Shown one piece after another: positions 1 through 10,717 of a stretch of 64,000 nucleotides of DNA. A program made the translations under genes and the position numbers. A model generated the notes under the pieces. That model was not told the origin of the DNA, searched no databases, and saw only the letters and a list, made by a program, of their open reading frames with translations. Location of the stretch: positions 4,175,723-4,239,722 of the forward strand of contig CAJINV010000007.1 in the NCBI GenBank assembly GCA_905178155.1, in the 5' to 3' direction. The stretch is from Amoebophrya sp. A120 (lineage: Eukaryota; Protista; Dinoflagellata). The first letter of the stretch is position 1. Every line of letters begins with the position of its first letter.

Positions 1-3000
1 GGGACCAGCTGCAGGAGGCGCAATCTCCAGCTGCCGCCCGGAGGGTACCGTCATTGCAGGTCGTGGATCATGAAAGCGAGCAACCCGAAGGGATGGAAAA
101 GGCAGGATTGGTTCCCGAAGCACCTGCCGAGGCAGCAGAAGCACAAGGCGAAGAGGCTCGGGCGGCTGGCGAAGGAGGAAATGACGAGGCGGGTATGGCG
201 GATGAAGAAAATAAAGATAGCGCGGGAGTAGAGGCGGAGAAGGAGAAGCCGGCATCAGAAAACGCTAAAAATGCAGCAGGTGAGGCTGAAGCAAAAGAGG
301 ACGCAAAGCCAGCAGCCGGGGAGGGAGAGCAGGCCGACGGCGGAGAGAAAAAGTCCGCTGAAGATGAAGAGACTACTACCAAGAAACCCGGGGAAGAACA
401 AGAAGAGACCAAGGAGAATGACGACGCCAAGCCGGCGGAAGATGTTGCACCAGAAGAAAACCAGCAGGACAGTAAAGACGACGCCGCAGGAGCTGCGGCG
501 GGCAACGAGGAGGGAGAAGGCAAACCCGCAGTGGCCGAGGAGGGAGCTCAAGAGGAAGCACCAGCAGGCAATGGGGAGGAGAAAAATGAAGCAGAACAAG
601 GCGCACCTGTTGCCGAAGGAGAAGACGCGACAGCTCCTGCAGCGGAAGAAGCAACGCCAGTCGGAGAAGATGAAAACACTGGTGGCGCAGACGCCGCAGC
701 ACAGGAAGCTATTCCGCTCCTTGTGGAACAAGATGAGCAGGGCAACGAGCAGAGTGAACAGCCAGCCAAGCCGGCGGACGAAATTCCGGTCGACGGCCCT
801 GCCGTCGCACCCACGCTGTTGGAAGAAACGGATGACTCGAACAAGAACGTGAAGACCCTCTCCTCGAAACAAGAAAACGCGAACAGTACCTTCGCGAATT
901 TTTTAGCAGACGACAGGCAGCTACGAATGAGGAAATATGACCCGGCCTCCAATTGGTTCAAGCTTGTGTTGCGTGATGGAATTGTGCGCAAGCGCAACCG
1001 CAAGTTAGATAGTAGCACGCTGAAAAGTAGCTGCTCAAGCTCAATGCAATTTCGGAAGACAAGAAATTTGAGCGAAAAATAACGCACTGCCTTTTAATCT
1101 TCTCCTCTGACAAACTTGAATAACTGAAGAGGGCTGGAACATATTTCCATTGCATAGCAGCAAGTGTTGCTGTCCCAGGACACAGCTGATATCCCGGAAA
1201 ACGTGGAGTACTATCACGGAAAGGACCTCTGCTACAGCACGAGACCGGCTCTGTTCGACGCAAATCTGCCCCCGACGGACCTCCTGTCACAAATCGCGAA
1301 CAACGAGACTCTATCCACTGCGAAAAAACTTAAATTTGGGCTTTGGTCGTCTTCTGGAACAAGAAGTATGGAAGTGTCAGAATCGAAATTGACAAAGTCG
1401 AAAAATTTGTGATGCATAAAATCGATACCAGTTGGAGCCTCAGTTTCCAAGTGGCGCATACCAAATTTCGGGAGCGCCCAAATCCAGTCTGTCATGCTGT
1501 TTGGGCAAAGAAGACTGCTCCTGTCGTGCTACTCTGGCAGCACCTTGCATACCTCTAAACAGGCTTGCAATTGGTCTCATTTGCCTGCTCCCCAATACAG
1601 GCCTTCAGTGCCCTACATTTTATGCATCACAGATTTTTCGATTTTATCGATTTCGATCCTGACACATCCATAAGGAGGTTGCGGAACTTACTGTACTGGT
1701 GCAAGCTGAGTATTCTCGTTCTTCACTGCTACACTGCATGCACTAGCAGCACTTAAATGCACTTTGATTTTCTTGTATGCACTCTTTTTTTCATAGATAC
1801 ACAACAAGTCGACATAAAGTTGGCCGAAAGTAAACTTGTCAACATGCAGCCCTGAAGATTGTTCGTAGCGTCCCAACCAGTTACTTATTTCCAGAGGACC
1901 ACCACGATAGAGCTCAGTATTTTTTTTTCCGTGCATAGACAACTTCCTTGGCCGCCATCGCTTTGGTCGCGGAGTACCCTGGGTACGTGAAAGAAACCCT
2001 CGGCCCAAAGCCGCAACAGCCGGACGTGTTTGTCTCGGACAACCATTCGCAGTCGGGGCTGAGCAAAGATGACAGGTACAGCGTGCGCCTGTTTGACTTC
2101 ACGAAGAGCCAGTTTTTCACGATCACGCTTGACGACTTGATCCCCTGCAGCGGTGAGAAAAACTGGTACGACCGCCGGCCGGTCCCCGTTTTCTCCCAGC
2201 CCTGCGGCAACGAGCTTTTTGCGCTGTTGCTGGAAAAAGCGTTGGCCAAGTTGGCCGGAAGCTACGCGAATTTGTCCGGCGCGCCGTTAGTGTACTACCT
2301 GTCGGCCCTCACCGGAACGCAACCGACCACCCAAGAAGTGTGGGACTTGGTGCAGCCGAACCAGAATCTGAACGTATGCAGTGCAAAAGTATCGTAGTCG
2401 TATAAATACATTACAAATTTCCTCAGCATGAGAAATAGAATTTGTAATGCGGATTCACCCTAAGAAAAAAATTTGCAATGCATGATTGCAATACGAGTAG
2501 AGTACGAGTACGATACTTTTGCACAGGATAGAACGTGGTGAAAAACAAGATCATTCTTCCCGGTGGTGCACAACAAACTCCCCCGAACTGTTTTCCGCAT
2601 GCCCTGTACACGAAGAAGGTCAGCAACGCAGAACTGAACTTCGACGACTTCTTCTCCACTGTGCTGCGCACGAATAAGAGCAAGCAAATCGTGTCCTGCG
2701 TGATTGCGCCGCGGGCGGGGGCGAGGAATCAACAAAAGAGGAGACCGGACGGGCTGGTGGAAGGCTTTCCGTACGCCTTGCTGGAGGTACTTCTTAATTG
2801 GAATTTCTACTAGCTCGTATCAATCTGTTGGTCATGGAAATCGATCCCGCACACACGTAACACGATCGCCCCAGATGACGCCTGTTCCTCAATGAAATGA
2901 CAGTTCTGAATGACCTGAACTAGCCAGATCCTTAGGGAAATGGTCAGAATCTATCTAGATCCTAAAGGAAACTCTTCTCCATGTTCCGCGAATCCCCCAA

Positions 3001-6000
3001 ATACTACGAAGGCAAAGCCGTCAGGATCGTAGTGAAATGAATGGACTCAGCTCGGTCCAGGCGTTCAGAGTGGTCGCCCTGGGGGACTTGACTCCCGCCA
3101 GGGTCGAGCACCAATCTGAGCAGGTTGAGGGGTGGACTCCCATGCTGTTTGGCCACTTGACTCTGTCCAGGTTTGGTCCTTTTGAATGTGATGAAGTTGG
3201 ATGATTTGAACCTACAGGATGTAACGCAGCAAGAGACTTGCGTCACTTGCTTGCTTACTTGCAATTGAGAGAATTCATCGAATTGCTGTTGATAACGAGC
3301 TCAGTGGAGCAAGCGCGTGTAAGTGTGTGCGAGTGTTCTCAAGTCCATTAACACCACGCTACGCCTTGAGACTCAAACTGGCTCTTCTAGTCAGATAAGT
3401 TTATTTGAAATAATGGGCCAAGAGGCAAAGCTGGTGGAGAAGTTGTCCAGCGCGCAGGACTGGCGTGTCTGGCGTCGCGGGGTCACGAACGAGGTTTCTC
3501 GTCTCGGACTCCAGGAGTATTGGGATAATCGTCTTGCTGGTAACCCACCGGGGATTCCGCAGGCGGCCAATACTGCCAATAACGCGATCCGGGAGAAGTG
3601 GCGCGACCTGAAGGATGCCATCTACAAGTCACGCACCGGGTCCGTGTCCACGTGGGTCAACAGTCAGCACTACATCAACGACGACGCTGCGCAACTGTTC
3701 ATGCGTATTCGTGATGTTGGTCGCTTCAATGTTGCCTCCCGTGACCAGCAGCACATCAAGACCTCCTCGATCGACGCCATGCATTTCGACAACCGTGACG
3801 CGCCGAAGGATGCTCCGACGTTCCTGGCCCAGATCCTCGACTTTATGGTGATGGCGCCGAGTGTCTACGTCCCGGAGCCCGGGTGTCCGGTCGAAGATCA
3901 TCATGTGAAGAACATTCTGGACAAGTTGCCCAAGATGTACGCGTCGGCCTTCCGCCAGACCATCGACCGCTGCGTGGACGAGTCCGATCACATCACCTTG
4001 CAGGAGATCGGGAACCGTCTCGAGAAGAAGCTCGCGCAGCTGGTCAAGGAAGGCTCGCACAAGATCGAGAGCCCGTCCTTCGGCAAGGCCTTCCCGGTCG
4101 TTGAGGAGAAGTCGAAGAAGACGAAGAAGGGAAATAAGCGTCAGAAAAATGACGATGATGATGAGGAGCCGGACTCCGCTGATGATGGTCAAAATGCTTC
4201 TGGCAAAGTGTTCTCGGCGAAAGCCTTGAAGCGCAAGATGGCCAAAGTGCGTAAGCAGACCGAAGCGAGTGCCCTGGCTGCCCATGGCCTGCCCCCGAAG
4301 GCTAACGCTAAGGGTGGAAGTGGCCAGAAAGGTGGTGGTAAGACTGGTCGGAACCAGAGCACTCCCTGCAACACTGTGACCAAACCCAAATGCTGGATCT
4401 GTGGCAAGGAAAACCATAAGGCGGACCGTTGCCGCTGGAATCCTAACAATCAAGGGAAAGGTCAGTGGGGTGGTGCCTGGGGAAACCAGCAGCCGCAGTG
4501 GTGTCCGCCGGTGAGCCAGAGCCAGACGAACAACCAGAATCAAGGGCAGGGAGCCGGTGGAAAGCAGGGTGGTTGGGTCTGGCAAGGACCAGCCTGACCA
4601 GATGAAGGAGGAGTATTTATCTCGGAGTATGGTAGCTGTGTGCTGAATTTCGAGAATTTAGAAGATTTCGGTGTAGATTCTTCTAGCTGTTTTACTGCAC
4701 AGACCAAGGACGCAGTGAGCTTGGTCGATTCATGTGCAAACAAGTATTTATCTAGACACGAATCGGATTTCATTGACATCTCGAGCAACGTCTGCCGCAT
4801 CAACGGCACGGCCGGGGCTCGTGATGGTTTTGTAGGAAAACTGAAGGAAAACGCTCTAGGTTTGCCCTATGGCGTCTACTTCAAACACTTGCCAAGAGAT
4901 ATTGATCGCGTTCTTCCGTGGCTCGGTGAGGACAATCCCAGTGATCGTGGGTGGGATCTGAACTACAACAGCTCTGGTGGTTCCTTAGTCAACAGGGAAT
5001 CCGGTCAGATGCTACCAATCAAGAACCACGAGAGGTTGACCCTCCCAGTCCTTGGGTGTGATCTTTTCGGGATGGGCCTCCGGGGTCAGGCGACTAGAGA
5101 CACCGCGGAAGATATTGCATGCATTACAATCGAAGAAAGTATTGCTAGTTGTCATCTTACTCGCCTAGAACAACATAGAAGATTCGGGCACTTTCACGTA
5201 GATGGTCTTAGTGTCCAGTGCCCTGAATGCGACAAAGCTAAAGGCGCAAGAAGCTCTCACGCCAAGGAGCGAGACACTAGTAATTACAAACCTGAACCAT
5301 TGAAACTACTAGCGATGGATTTCGCGGTAGGTATTAAACCTGTATCGATTCGGTCACGCACCTGCGTGCTGGTGGTCATCTGTGATGCCATCAAGAAGTG
5401 TTTCTGGTTCCCTCTTAAGCTGAAAAGTGACTGCGTTGAGGTTTTGGAAGAAGTAATAAAAGGCATTCGCCAGAAATACGCTTTGACCCTCGAGGACAAA
5501 GTGGTGTGGTTCGTCCGTCGGGACAATGAGCCAGTTCTGGGCAGTGACTCCATGACCAAGGTCATGCAATCGCTGCGGGTCGGTGATGCTCCTACGGTTC
5601 CCTACAACCCAGAGCAGAACGGAACCTGCGAACGCTTTACGCGGACCATATTCGGCGCTGTGCGTGCGATGTTGGTGAACGTGGACAAGCGTCTGTGGTG
5701 CTACTCGGTCGAGTACGCTGCAGCATGCTGGGACCGCCTTCCGCATAAGTATAGCAAAGTGCCTGAGTACGACGGAAAGACTCCGGCAGAGATTCTAGAT
5801 GAGAGAACTGGCAGAAACAGTTCAAAAGTTGGCACAAGGATGCTAGGGCGTTTTGGTTGTCTCGTTTATTTTCGTGAACAAGTCAAGAAAGGCGAAGCTC
5901 ATGAAGCTCCTGAGGGGGGAGTAGAGGTGGTTGCTCCAAAGCTGTCCGCGCCATTTCGTCGTGGTGTATTTCTCGGCCTTTGTCCTAAGTCTTCGGGCTG

Positions 6001-9000
6001 GCGGGTTGGGACGTACGTCACGGACGGCCGGCCCGCCGCGGGACGTCGTTGGATGGAGTATTCTACCATCGACGTCAAGTTCCGTGAGGAGTGCCTCGTG
6101 AAGAATATTGAAGACCTAGCTCCTAACTCCAAAGGTATCTACGTCGAGTGCGACGCAATCGAGGCCCTACCTAGTGGAGCGCCGTGTGCGCCATCTCTCC
6201 CGTGCGTCGGTCCTGAAATCGGGGCTGTGCGTCGGCTGGGGGTGGATGTCTCGGAGCACACTGGTAGGCAGCCTGACGGTCCTGAGACGTTAGTGATTGA
6301 GAGTGTGGATTGGGAAGATGATCCGGGCCAGATACATCCCGAGCCTGAAGGTGTTAAACCTGAGGAGGGGAATCTGGACGATCACCCCACTCACAGCAGC
6401 TTATCGAGTCCAAGAAAGGTGAGCCCGTCTCCGGCGCGGATTGTGGCTGGCAACCGCAACTCCAAGCCGCGAGGGCGTGGCCGCCCCAAAGGGAGAAAGG
6501 ACACGAGAAAGCGCGTGAGACGTACACGAAAAGAGCTCGACGCACTAAAGAAAGACGCGAGTGCGTTTGCCGCAGCAATAGCAGCGCAGGATGATCGAGA
6601 GGAAGGTGAGGAATTCCTTGACGTCCAGCGTTACTTGACTACATCGGCCAAGTTGGATCCCGCTCGTTGCAAAGACTCAGTCGAATGGAACGCAGCAACC
6701 AACAAGGAAGATTGTAGACTTGAAGCCTATAAAGTGTGGGAGCCAGCTACTGACGAGGAGCTAGCGACCGCAAAACAGGTTTTGCCTATTGCTATCCTTC
6801 TTACCGAGAAGCGTGACGGTACGAAGAAAGCGCGAGCAGTAGCACTCGGGAATCTAGATCGTTCGGGCGAGCTGGACACTTTCGCTCCTGTTGTGTCCCA
6901 TGCCGCTAACAGGTTACTTCTAGCCGCTGCAGCCGCAGATGGTGATGATGTGATCCCGTTCGACCTTGATAGTGCGTTTCTCAGTGCCTTACTTGATCGC
7001 GATGTCTTCTGCCGCTTGCCACCCATCTGGGCGAAAAAGCACGGCGTGGAGATTGTCAAGCTCAAGAAAGCGCTTTACGGCTTGAAAGACGCCCCCAGGC
7101 TCTGGCATAAGAAGTATGAGGAAGTACTGACCAAGCTAGGTTGGGAACCCTGTCCCTCTGCGCCAGGTCTGTGGAAGAAACCGAGCTTGGAACACCCTGG
7201 GAAGTTTCTGAAGTTGGCAGGGTATGGCGACGATAATCTTATCACAGGTCCTCCGACTGGGTCCGAGTTGGCTGGAGAACTTGCGGAGATCTTGCACCAC
7301 GTCAAGGGGCGCATGATCGACGTCGAGCGTGTTCCGGAGTTTAACTCTGTGTCCAAGAAGTTTGACTTCCTAGGGTCAGTAGTGTACTACGCCTGGAATC
7401 TGCGAACCGTTAGGGTCGTGATGTCAGAGTACATATCCAAGATTTGTAAGAAATTCAACGTCTCAGAAGCGGGCAAGCCGGTCCACTCGCCAAACTTCGA
7501 TGAGTCTGAACTCGCTAAAGAAGTTGAAGGAGCTAAAGTTATTGAAGGTTTTCCCCTTCGAGAGGTCGTTGGCTCTCTGCAGTGGGCTGCAACCACTTGC
7601 AGGGTAGACATTGTTGTCCCGGTTGCCACTGTCGCCAGATACGTGGGCAAGCCGGCGACTCGGCCTGTCGTAAACGCCTGTAAGAAGATTCTGAAGTATC
7701 TATTGACAACGAAGGAGCAGGGTCTGTCGTATAGTCCGGAAATTGAGGATGAATTCAACAGAATCTACAGCAAGCTACTGCCCGATGGGAGAGACTTGCC
7801 TGATGTGAATCTGTTTTCGGATGCTAGTTTTGCGAATTGTTGCAAGACCATGCGAAGCACTAGCGGTAGCATTATGTACTTCCGCGGCTTCCCGATCTGT
7901 TGGCGTAGCAACCGGCAGACCGTGAGAGCGTACTCCACGGCGGAGGCGGAGTATATAGCTGCTTCCGACACTATTGCGCTGAGCGAGCAGAATGACTTTA
8001 CAGAATTCTTCAAACCTCTACCCACTGTCATGGTGGAGAAGCAGAATGGCTTATCTCCCTCCCTGGGTGATGCCATATTGTGGATCGACAACCAGTCCGC
8101 GATAACTACAGCTAAGAGCACAGACAACAAACCGAAATCGAGGCACTACGCACTGCGATATCTCCGCGTGAGAGACGCAGCGAGCCAGATCATGTTCTGC
8201 CCGACCTATCTGATGAAGGCAGACGGTCTTACGAAGCTCGAGTGTAGTGTGCCGCAGAGACGCTTACTCTTGCACCATATTGATAACCCCGACCCTAAGT
8301 CTTTTATTTGTGACTCCTCTGACGATGAGGATGATTTAGACACTTTTATAGAGGGGAATCATAAGGGCAGGGCTAAAGTAGGCTATACTTATTCGATCTA
8401 TTTTGGTTTCTAGAAGGTATTGGGGTAGCTAGTTTACCACAGCGCGCTCAGGAGGGGAGTGTGGTAGGACGTTATCCAGATTAGCATCACCGCCGCAGCG
8501 ATTGAGGAGGGGCGTTGGTCATGGAAATCGATCCCGCACACACGTAACACGATCGCCCCAAATGACGCCTGTTCCTCAATGAAATGACAGCTCTGAATGA
8601 CCTGAACTAGCCAGATCCTTAGGGAAATGGTCAGAATCTATCTAGATCCTAAAGGAAACTCTTCACCATGTTCCGCGAATCCCCCAAATACTACGAAGGC
8701 AAAGCCGTCAGGATCGTAGTGAAATGAATGGACTCAGCTCGGTCCAGACGTTCAGAATGGTCGCCCTGGGGGACTTGACTCCCGCCAGGGTCGAGCACCA
8801 ATCTGAGCAGGTTGAGGGGTGGACTCCCATGTTGTTTGGCCACTTGACTCTGACCAGGTTTGGCCCATATGAATGTGATGAAGTTGGATGATTTGAACCT
8901 ACAGGATGCAACGCAGCAAGAGACTTGCGTCACTTGCTTGCTTACTTGCAATTGAGAGAATTCATCGAATTGCTGTTGATAACGAGCTCAGTGGAGCAAG

Positions 9001-9728
9001 CGTGTGCAAGTGTGTGCGAGTGTTCTCAAGTCCACTAACACAGTCTAAATCTTCTAAAATCCAAACAGCCTGTCATGCTTTTATTACGCGGCTGCGTCCT
9101 ATTCTGATGCCCCAGAACCGACAAAACAAACCGCCTCACCGGCGGGTGCAAAACAAGACCAATTTCAACTACTTTACCAAAAAACCATCTTATCAGGCTC
9201 GGATCATTCCCTGCAGTGGCGCACTCCAAGCGGGCATGAGCAAGAGAATGCTGAAGTTTCGCAACCCCTTCGGAAAAACCTCGTGCTACACCGGTGCCTT
9301 CAGCAGAAACGACATGGAAAACTGGAAGAAACTACAGCACTTCCACCTCTTTTTCAAGGGGGCCGGCGAAGTGAGCAGTTTCTGGATGGAGTACACGGAC
9401 TTTCTGCTATCCAGTGCAAAAGTATCGTACTCGTATAAATGCAAATCATGCATCACAAAGCTTGTTCCCAAGGCAAATCAGCATTACAAATTTTATTTCT
9501 CATGCTAAGGAAATTTGTAATGCATTTATACGAGTACGATACTTTTGCAATCCATATCTGTCCATATTCAGCAAAGTGTACGTCTGTCCGCTGAGCGAAA
9601 CGGATTTTATTCAAACGGGTAGTGTAGCTGGTCCTTCAGGGAGTAAGCAGACGCACCTGCAGCAGGCGACAAGTTTTGGAAGTGACCAGTTTGAAATGGT
9701 TCTCAACTCCGTGGCGAGGGACGTTTAG
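1..9728 (+). CDS. Calpain-like (CysPc) protein with long acidic low-complexity N-terminus; multi-exon, 5' end probably outside window; interrupted by introners and a Copia element
   Basis: Exon peptides LAAIALVAEYP, ITLDDLIP, GNELFALLLEKALAKLAGSYANLSG (1948-2374), DGLVEGFPYALLE (2535-2786), LKFRNPFG and FWMEYTDFL-SIFSKVYVCP (about 9200-9728) follow the calpain domain II motif order. Confidence 0.85.
1367..1672. mobile_element. Introner/MITE family A (about 55-bp TIR)
   Basis: TATGGAAGTGTCAGAATCGAAA... / ...TTTCGATCCTGACACATCCATA; flanks AGAAG/AGGAG; homologous to 36076-36387 and 53434-53760. Confidence 0.9.
2375..2530. mobile_element. Introner/MITE family D
   Basis: TATGCAGTGCAAAAGTATCGTA / TACGATACTTTTGCACAGGATA; perfect TSD GAACG; removal gives QNLNV-VKNKII in frame. 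Confidence 0.92.
2826..3353 (+). repeat. 5' LTR of Copia element
   Basis: TGTTGGTCATGG...CCATTAACA; about 15 substitutions versus 3' LTR by manual count. Confidence 0.95.
3413..4597 (+). CDS. gag: Copia Gag
   Basis: First ATG after LTR; zinc knuckle CWICGKENHKADRC; ends in TGA in frame with pol. Confidence 0.9.
   Translation: MGQEAKLVEKLSSAQDWRVWRRGVTNEVSRLGLQEYWDNRLAGNPPGIPQAANTANNAIREKWRDLKDAIYKSRTGSVSTWVNSQHYINDDAAQLFMRIRDVGRFNVASRDQQHIKTSSIDAMHFDNRDAPKDAPTFLAQILDFMVMAPSVYVPEPGCPVEDHHVKNILDKLPKMYASAFRQTIDRCVDESDHITLQEIGNRLEKKLAQLVKEGSHKIESPSFGKAFPVVEEKSKKTKKGNKRQKNDDDDEEPDSADDGQNASGKVFSAKALKRKMAKVRKQTEASALAAHGLPPKANAKGGSGQKGGGKTGRNQSTPCNTVTKPKCWICGKENHKADRCRWNPNNQGKGQWGGAWGNQQPQWCPPVSQSQTNNQNQGQGAGGKQGGWVWQGPA
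4598..8413 (+). CDS. pol: Copia Pol (protease, integrase, RT, RNase H)
   Basis: LVDSCA protease; HRRFGH/CPEC zinc motif; MDF, RRDN, PEQNGTCER integrase; FDLDSAFL, LYGLKDAPRLW, YGDD RT; FSDAS, STAEAEY, IDNQSA, ADGLTK RNase H. Confidence 0.96.
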   Translation, partial: PDEGGVFISEYGSCVLNFENLEDFGVDSSSCFTAQTKDAVSLVDSCANKYLSRHESDFIDISSNVCRINGTAGARDGFVGKLKENALGLPYGVYFKHLPRDIDRVLPWLGEDNPSDRGWDLNYNSSGGSLVNRESGQMLPIKNHERLTLPVLGCDLFGMGLRGQATRDTAEDIACITIEESIASCHLTRLEQHRRFGHFHVDGLSVQCPECDKAKGARSSHAKERDTSNYKPEPLKLLAMDFAVGIKPVSIRSRTCVLVVICDAIKKCFWFPLKLKSDCVEVLEEVIKGIRQKYALTLEDKVVWFVRRDNEPVLGSDSMTKVMQSLRVGDAPTVPYNPEQNGTCERFTRTIFGAVRAMLVNVDKRLWCYSVEYAAACWDRLPHKYSKVPEYDGKTPAEILDERTGRNSSKVGTRMLGRFGCLVYFREQVKKGEAHEAPEGGVEVVAPKLSAPFRRGVFLGLCPKSSGWRVGTYVTDGRPAAGRRWMEYSTIDVKFREECLVKNIEDLAPNSKGIYVECDAIEALPSGAPCAPSLPCVGPEIGAVRRLGVDVSEHTGRQPDGPETLVIESVDWEDDPGQIHPEPEGVKPEEGNLDDHPTHSSLSSPRKVSPSPARIVAGNRNSKPRGRGRPKGRKDTRKRVRRTRKELDALKKDASAFAAAIAAQDDREEGEEFLDVQRYLTTSAKLDPARCKDSVEWNAATNKEDCRLEAYKVWEPATDEELATAKQVLPIAILLTEKRDGTKKARAVALGNLDRSGELDTFAPVVSHAANRLLLAAAAADGDDVIPFDLDSAFLSALLDRDVFCRLPPIWAKKHGVEIVKLKKALYGLKDAPRLWHKKYEEVLTKLGWEPCPSAPGLWKKPSLEHPGKFLKLAGYGDDNLITGPPTGSELAGELAEILHHVKGRMIDVERVPEFNSVSKKFDFLGSVVYYAWNLRTVRVVMSEYISKICKKFNVSEAGKPVHSPNFDESELAKEVEGAKVIEGFPLREVVGSLQWAATTCRVDIVVPVATVARYVGKPATRPVVNACKKILKYLLTTKEQGLSYSPEIEDEFNRIYSKLLPDGRDLPDVNLFSDASFANCCKTMRSTSGSIMYFRGFPICWRSNRQTVRAYSTAEAEYIAASDTIALSEQNDFTEFFKPLPTVMVEKQNGLSPSLGDAILWIDNQSAITTAKSTDNKPKSRHYALRYLRVRDAASQIMFCPTYLMKADGLTKLECSVPQRRLLLHHIDNPDPKSFICDSSDDEDDLDTFIEGNHKGRAKVGYTYSIYFGF
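8504..8512 (+). other. Polypurine tract
   Basis: GAGGAGGGG immediately before the 3' LTR. Confidence 0.8.
8513..9040 (+). repeat. 3' LTR of Copia element
   Basis: CGTTGGTCATGG...CCACTAACA, direct repeat of 2826-3353. Confidence 0.95.
9408..9556. mobile_element. Introner/MITE family D (opposite orientation to 2375-2530)
   Basis: TATCCAGTGCAAAAGTATCGTACTCGTAT / ATACGAGTACGATACTTTTGCAATCCATA; TSD TCTGC/TCTGT; removal restores TDFL-(S/P)IFSKVYVCP. Confidence 0.9.
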
Positions 9729-10717
9729 TCGTCAGTTGATATGATCTTGATCATCATCTGATTTCTCAGAGTTTTCTTTTGCATCGAGTAACATATAATT
9801 CCCCGCTCCAAAAAACACGATCACCACAAACATGAAATTTCCACACTAGTTTACCCACTAGAAGCGTACAGATAAGTTTCGTAAGTTTTGGTTTTGCGCA
9901 TGGTAACAATAATTTCCAATCGAAGCACAAGCAAAAGCATCGCACACTGTGCTAGCATCGCATCATGTCATTTGTCTTATGGTTTTGAAAAAGTTGAAAA
10001 GAGATGCCCATTTTTCACCAATCCTCACGTCCACGAGCGCGGCATGATCTGTACACTACGCAACGCAAGACGAGCAGCATGCTCATATACTTGCAAGTCT
10101 GCTTTTTGAGTACGCATAAGCGTTACGACGGGAATAGAGTACTAAATCACATTGCAACCTACCACAATAAATCGAAAATCGCATCCGGCTAAGAAGGGTA
10201 GCCGAGACAAGGCACATTCACTGTGTATTCGTGTTCTTACACTCTGTTCTTCGCATATGCATCCCCGGACCTGGTTCCGTCTTCTTCGGTAAGAGTCTGT
10301 CCCGGACCATGAAAAATCGATCAACCACGACGTGAAAACCATTGCTGTGCCCAGCACCAAATCAAGTATCAGCCTGCATTTTTTGACCGACGATCACGAT
10401 CTTGACCTTGAGACCCTACGCCTGCACTTGCCCCAGCCGACGATCTGGATCCTCCGCGTCAGCTTTTTGATCAAAATTTCACTCAAGGATGAACCGGCTT
10501 CGAAGACCTCTTGTTCTGTTTCTGCGACGCAATGCGACGGCAAATTTCCACCCTGCTCTGCTCTCTTTCTACCTCGTTGACGTCATTGTGTCACAGCGAC
10601 GTGTAGTAGAGGTGACCAGCATGAGCAGCGTTGTTATTGAATAAAGCGCACCAGTTGAGAAATTTCCTCGCCTGATTCGTCTACTTCTGTTGCTCGCATA
10701 CTTTCGTCGAAAAAAAA

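Larger units (their letters stand above)
2826..9040 (+). mobile_element. Full-length Ty1/Copia LTR retrotransposon
   Basis: Two 528-bp LTRs, TG...CA outer ends, TSD CAATC/CAGTC, PPT, gag and pol with PR-IN-RT-RH order. Confidence 0.97.

Noticed and set aside
68-1087. Long antisense and alternative-frame ORFs over GC-rich exons (also at 3629, 20650, 32775)
   Set aside because: Shadow ORFs expected from codon bias of the real + strand genes
966-1164. Very old introner in the calpain gene
   Set aside because: Frame fits and a weak inverted repeat exists, but the termini are not TAT/ATA and similarity is too low to call
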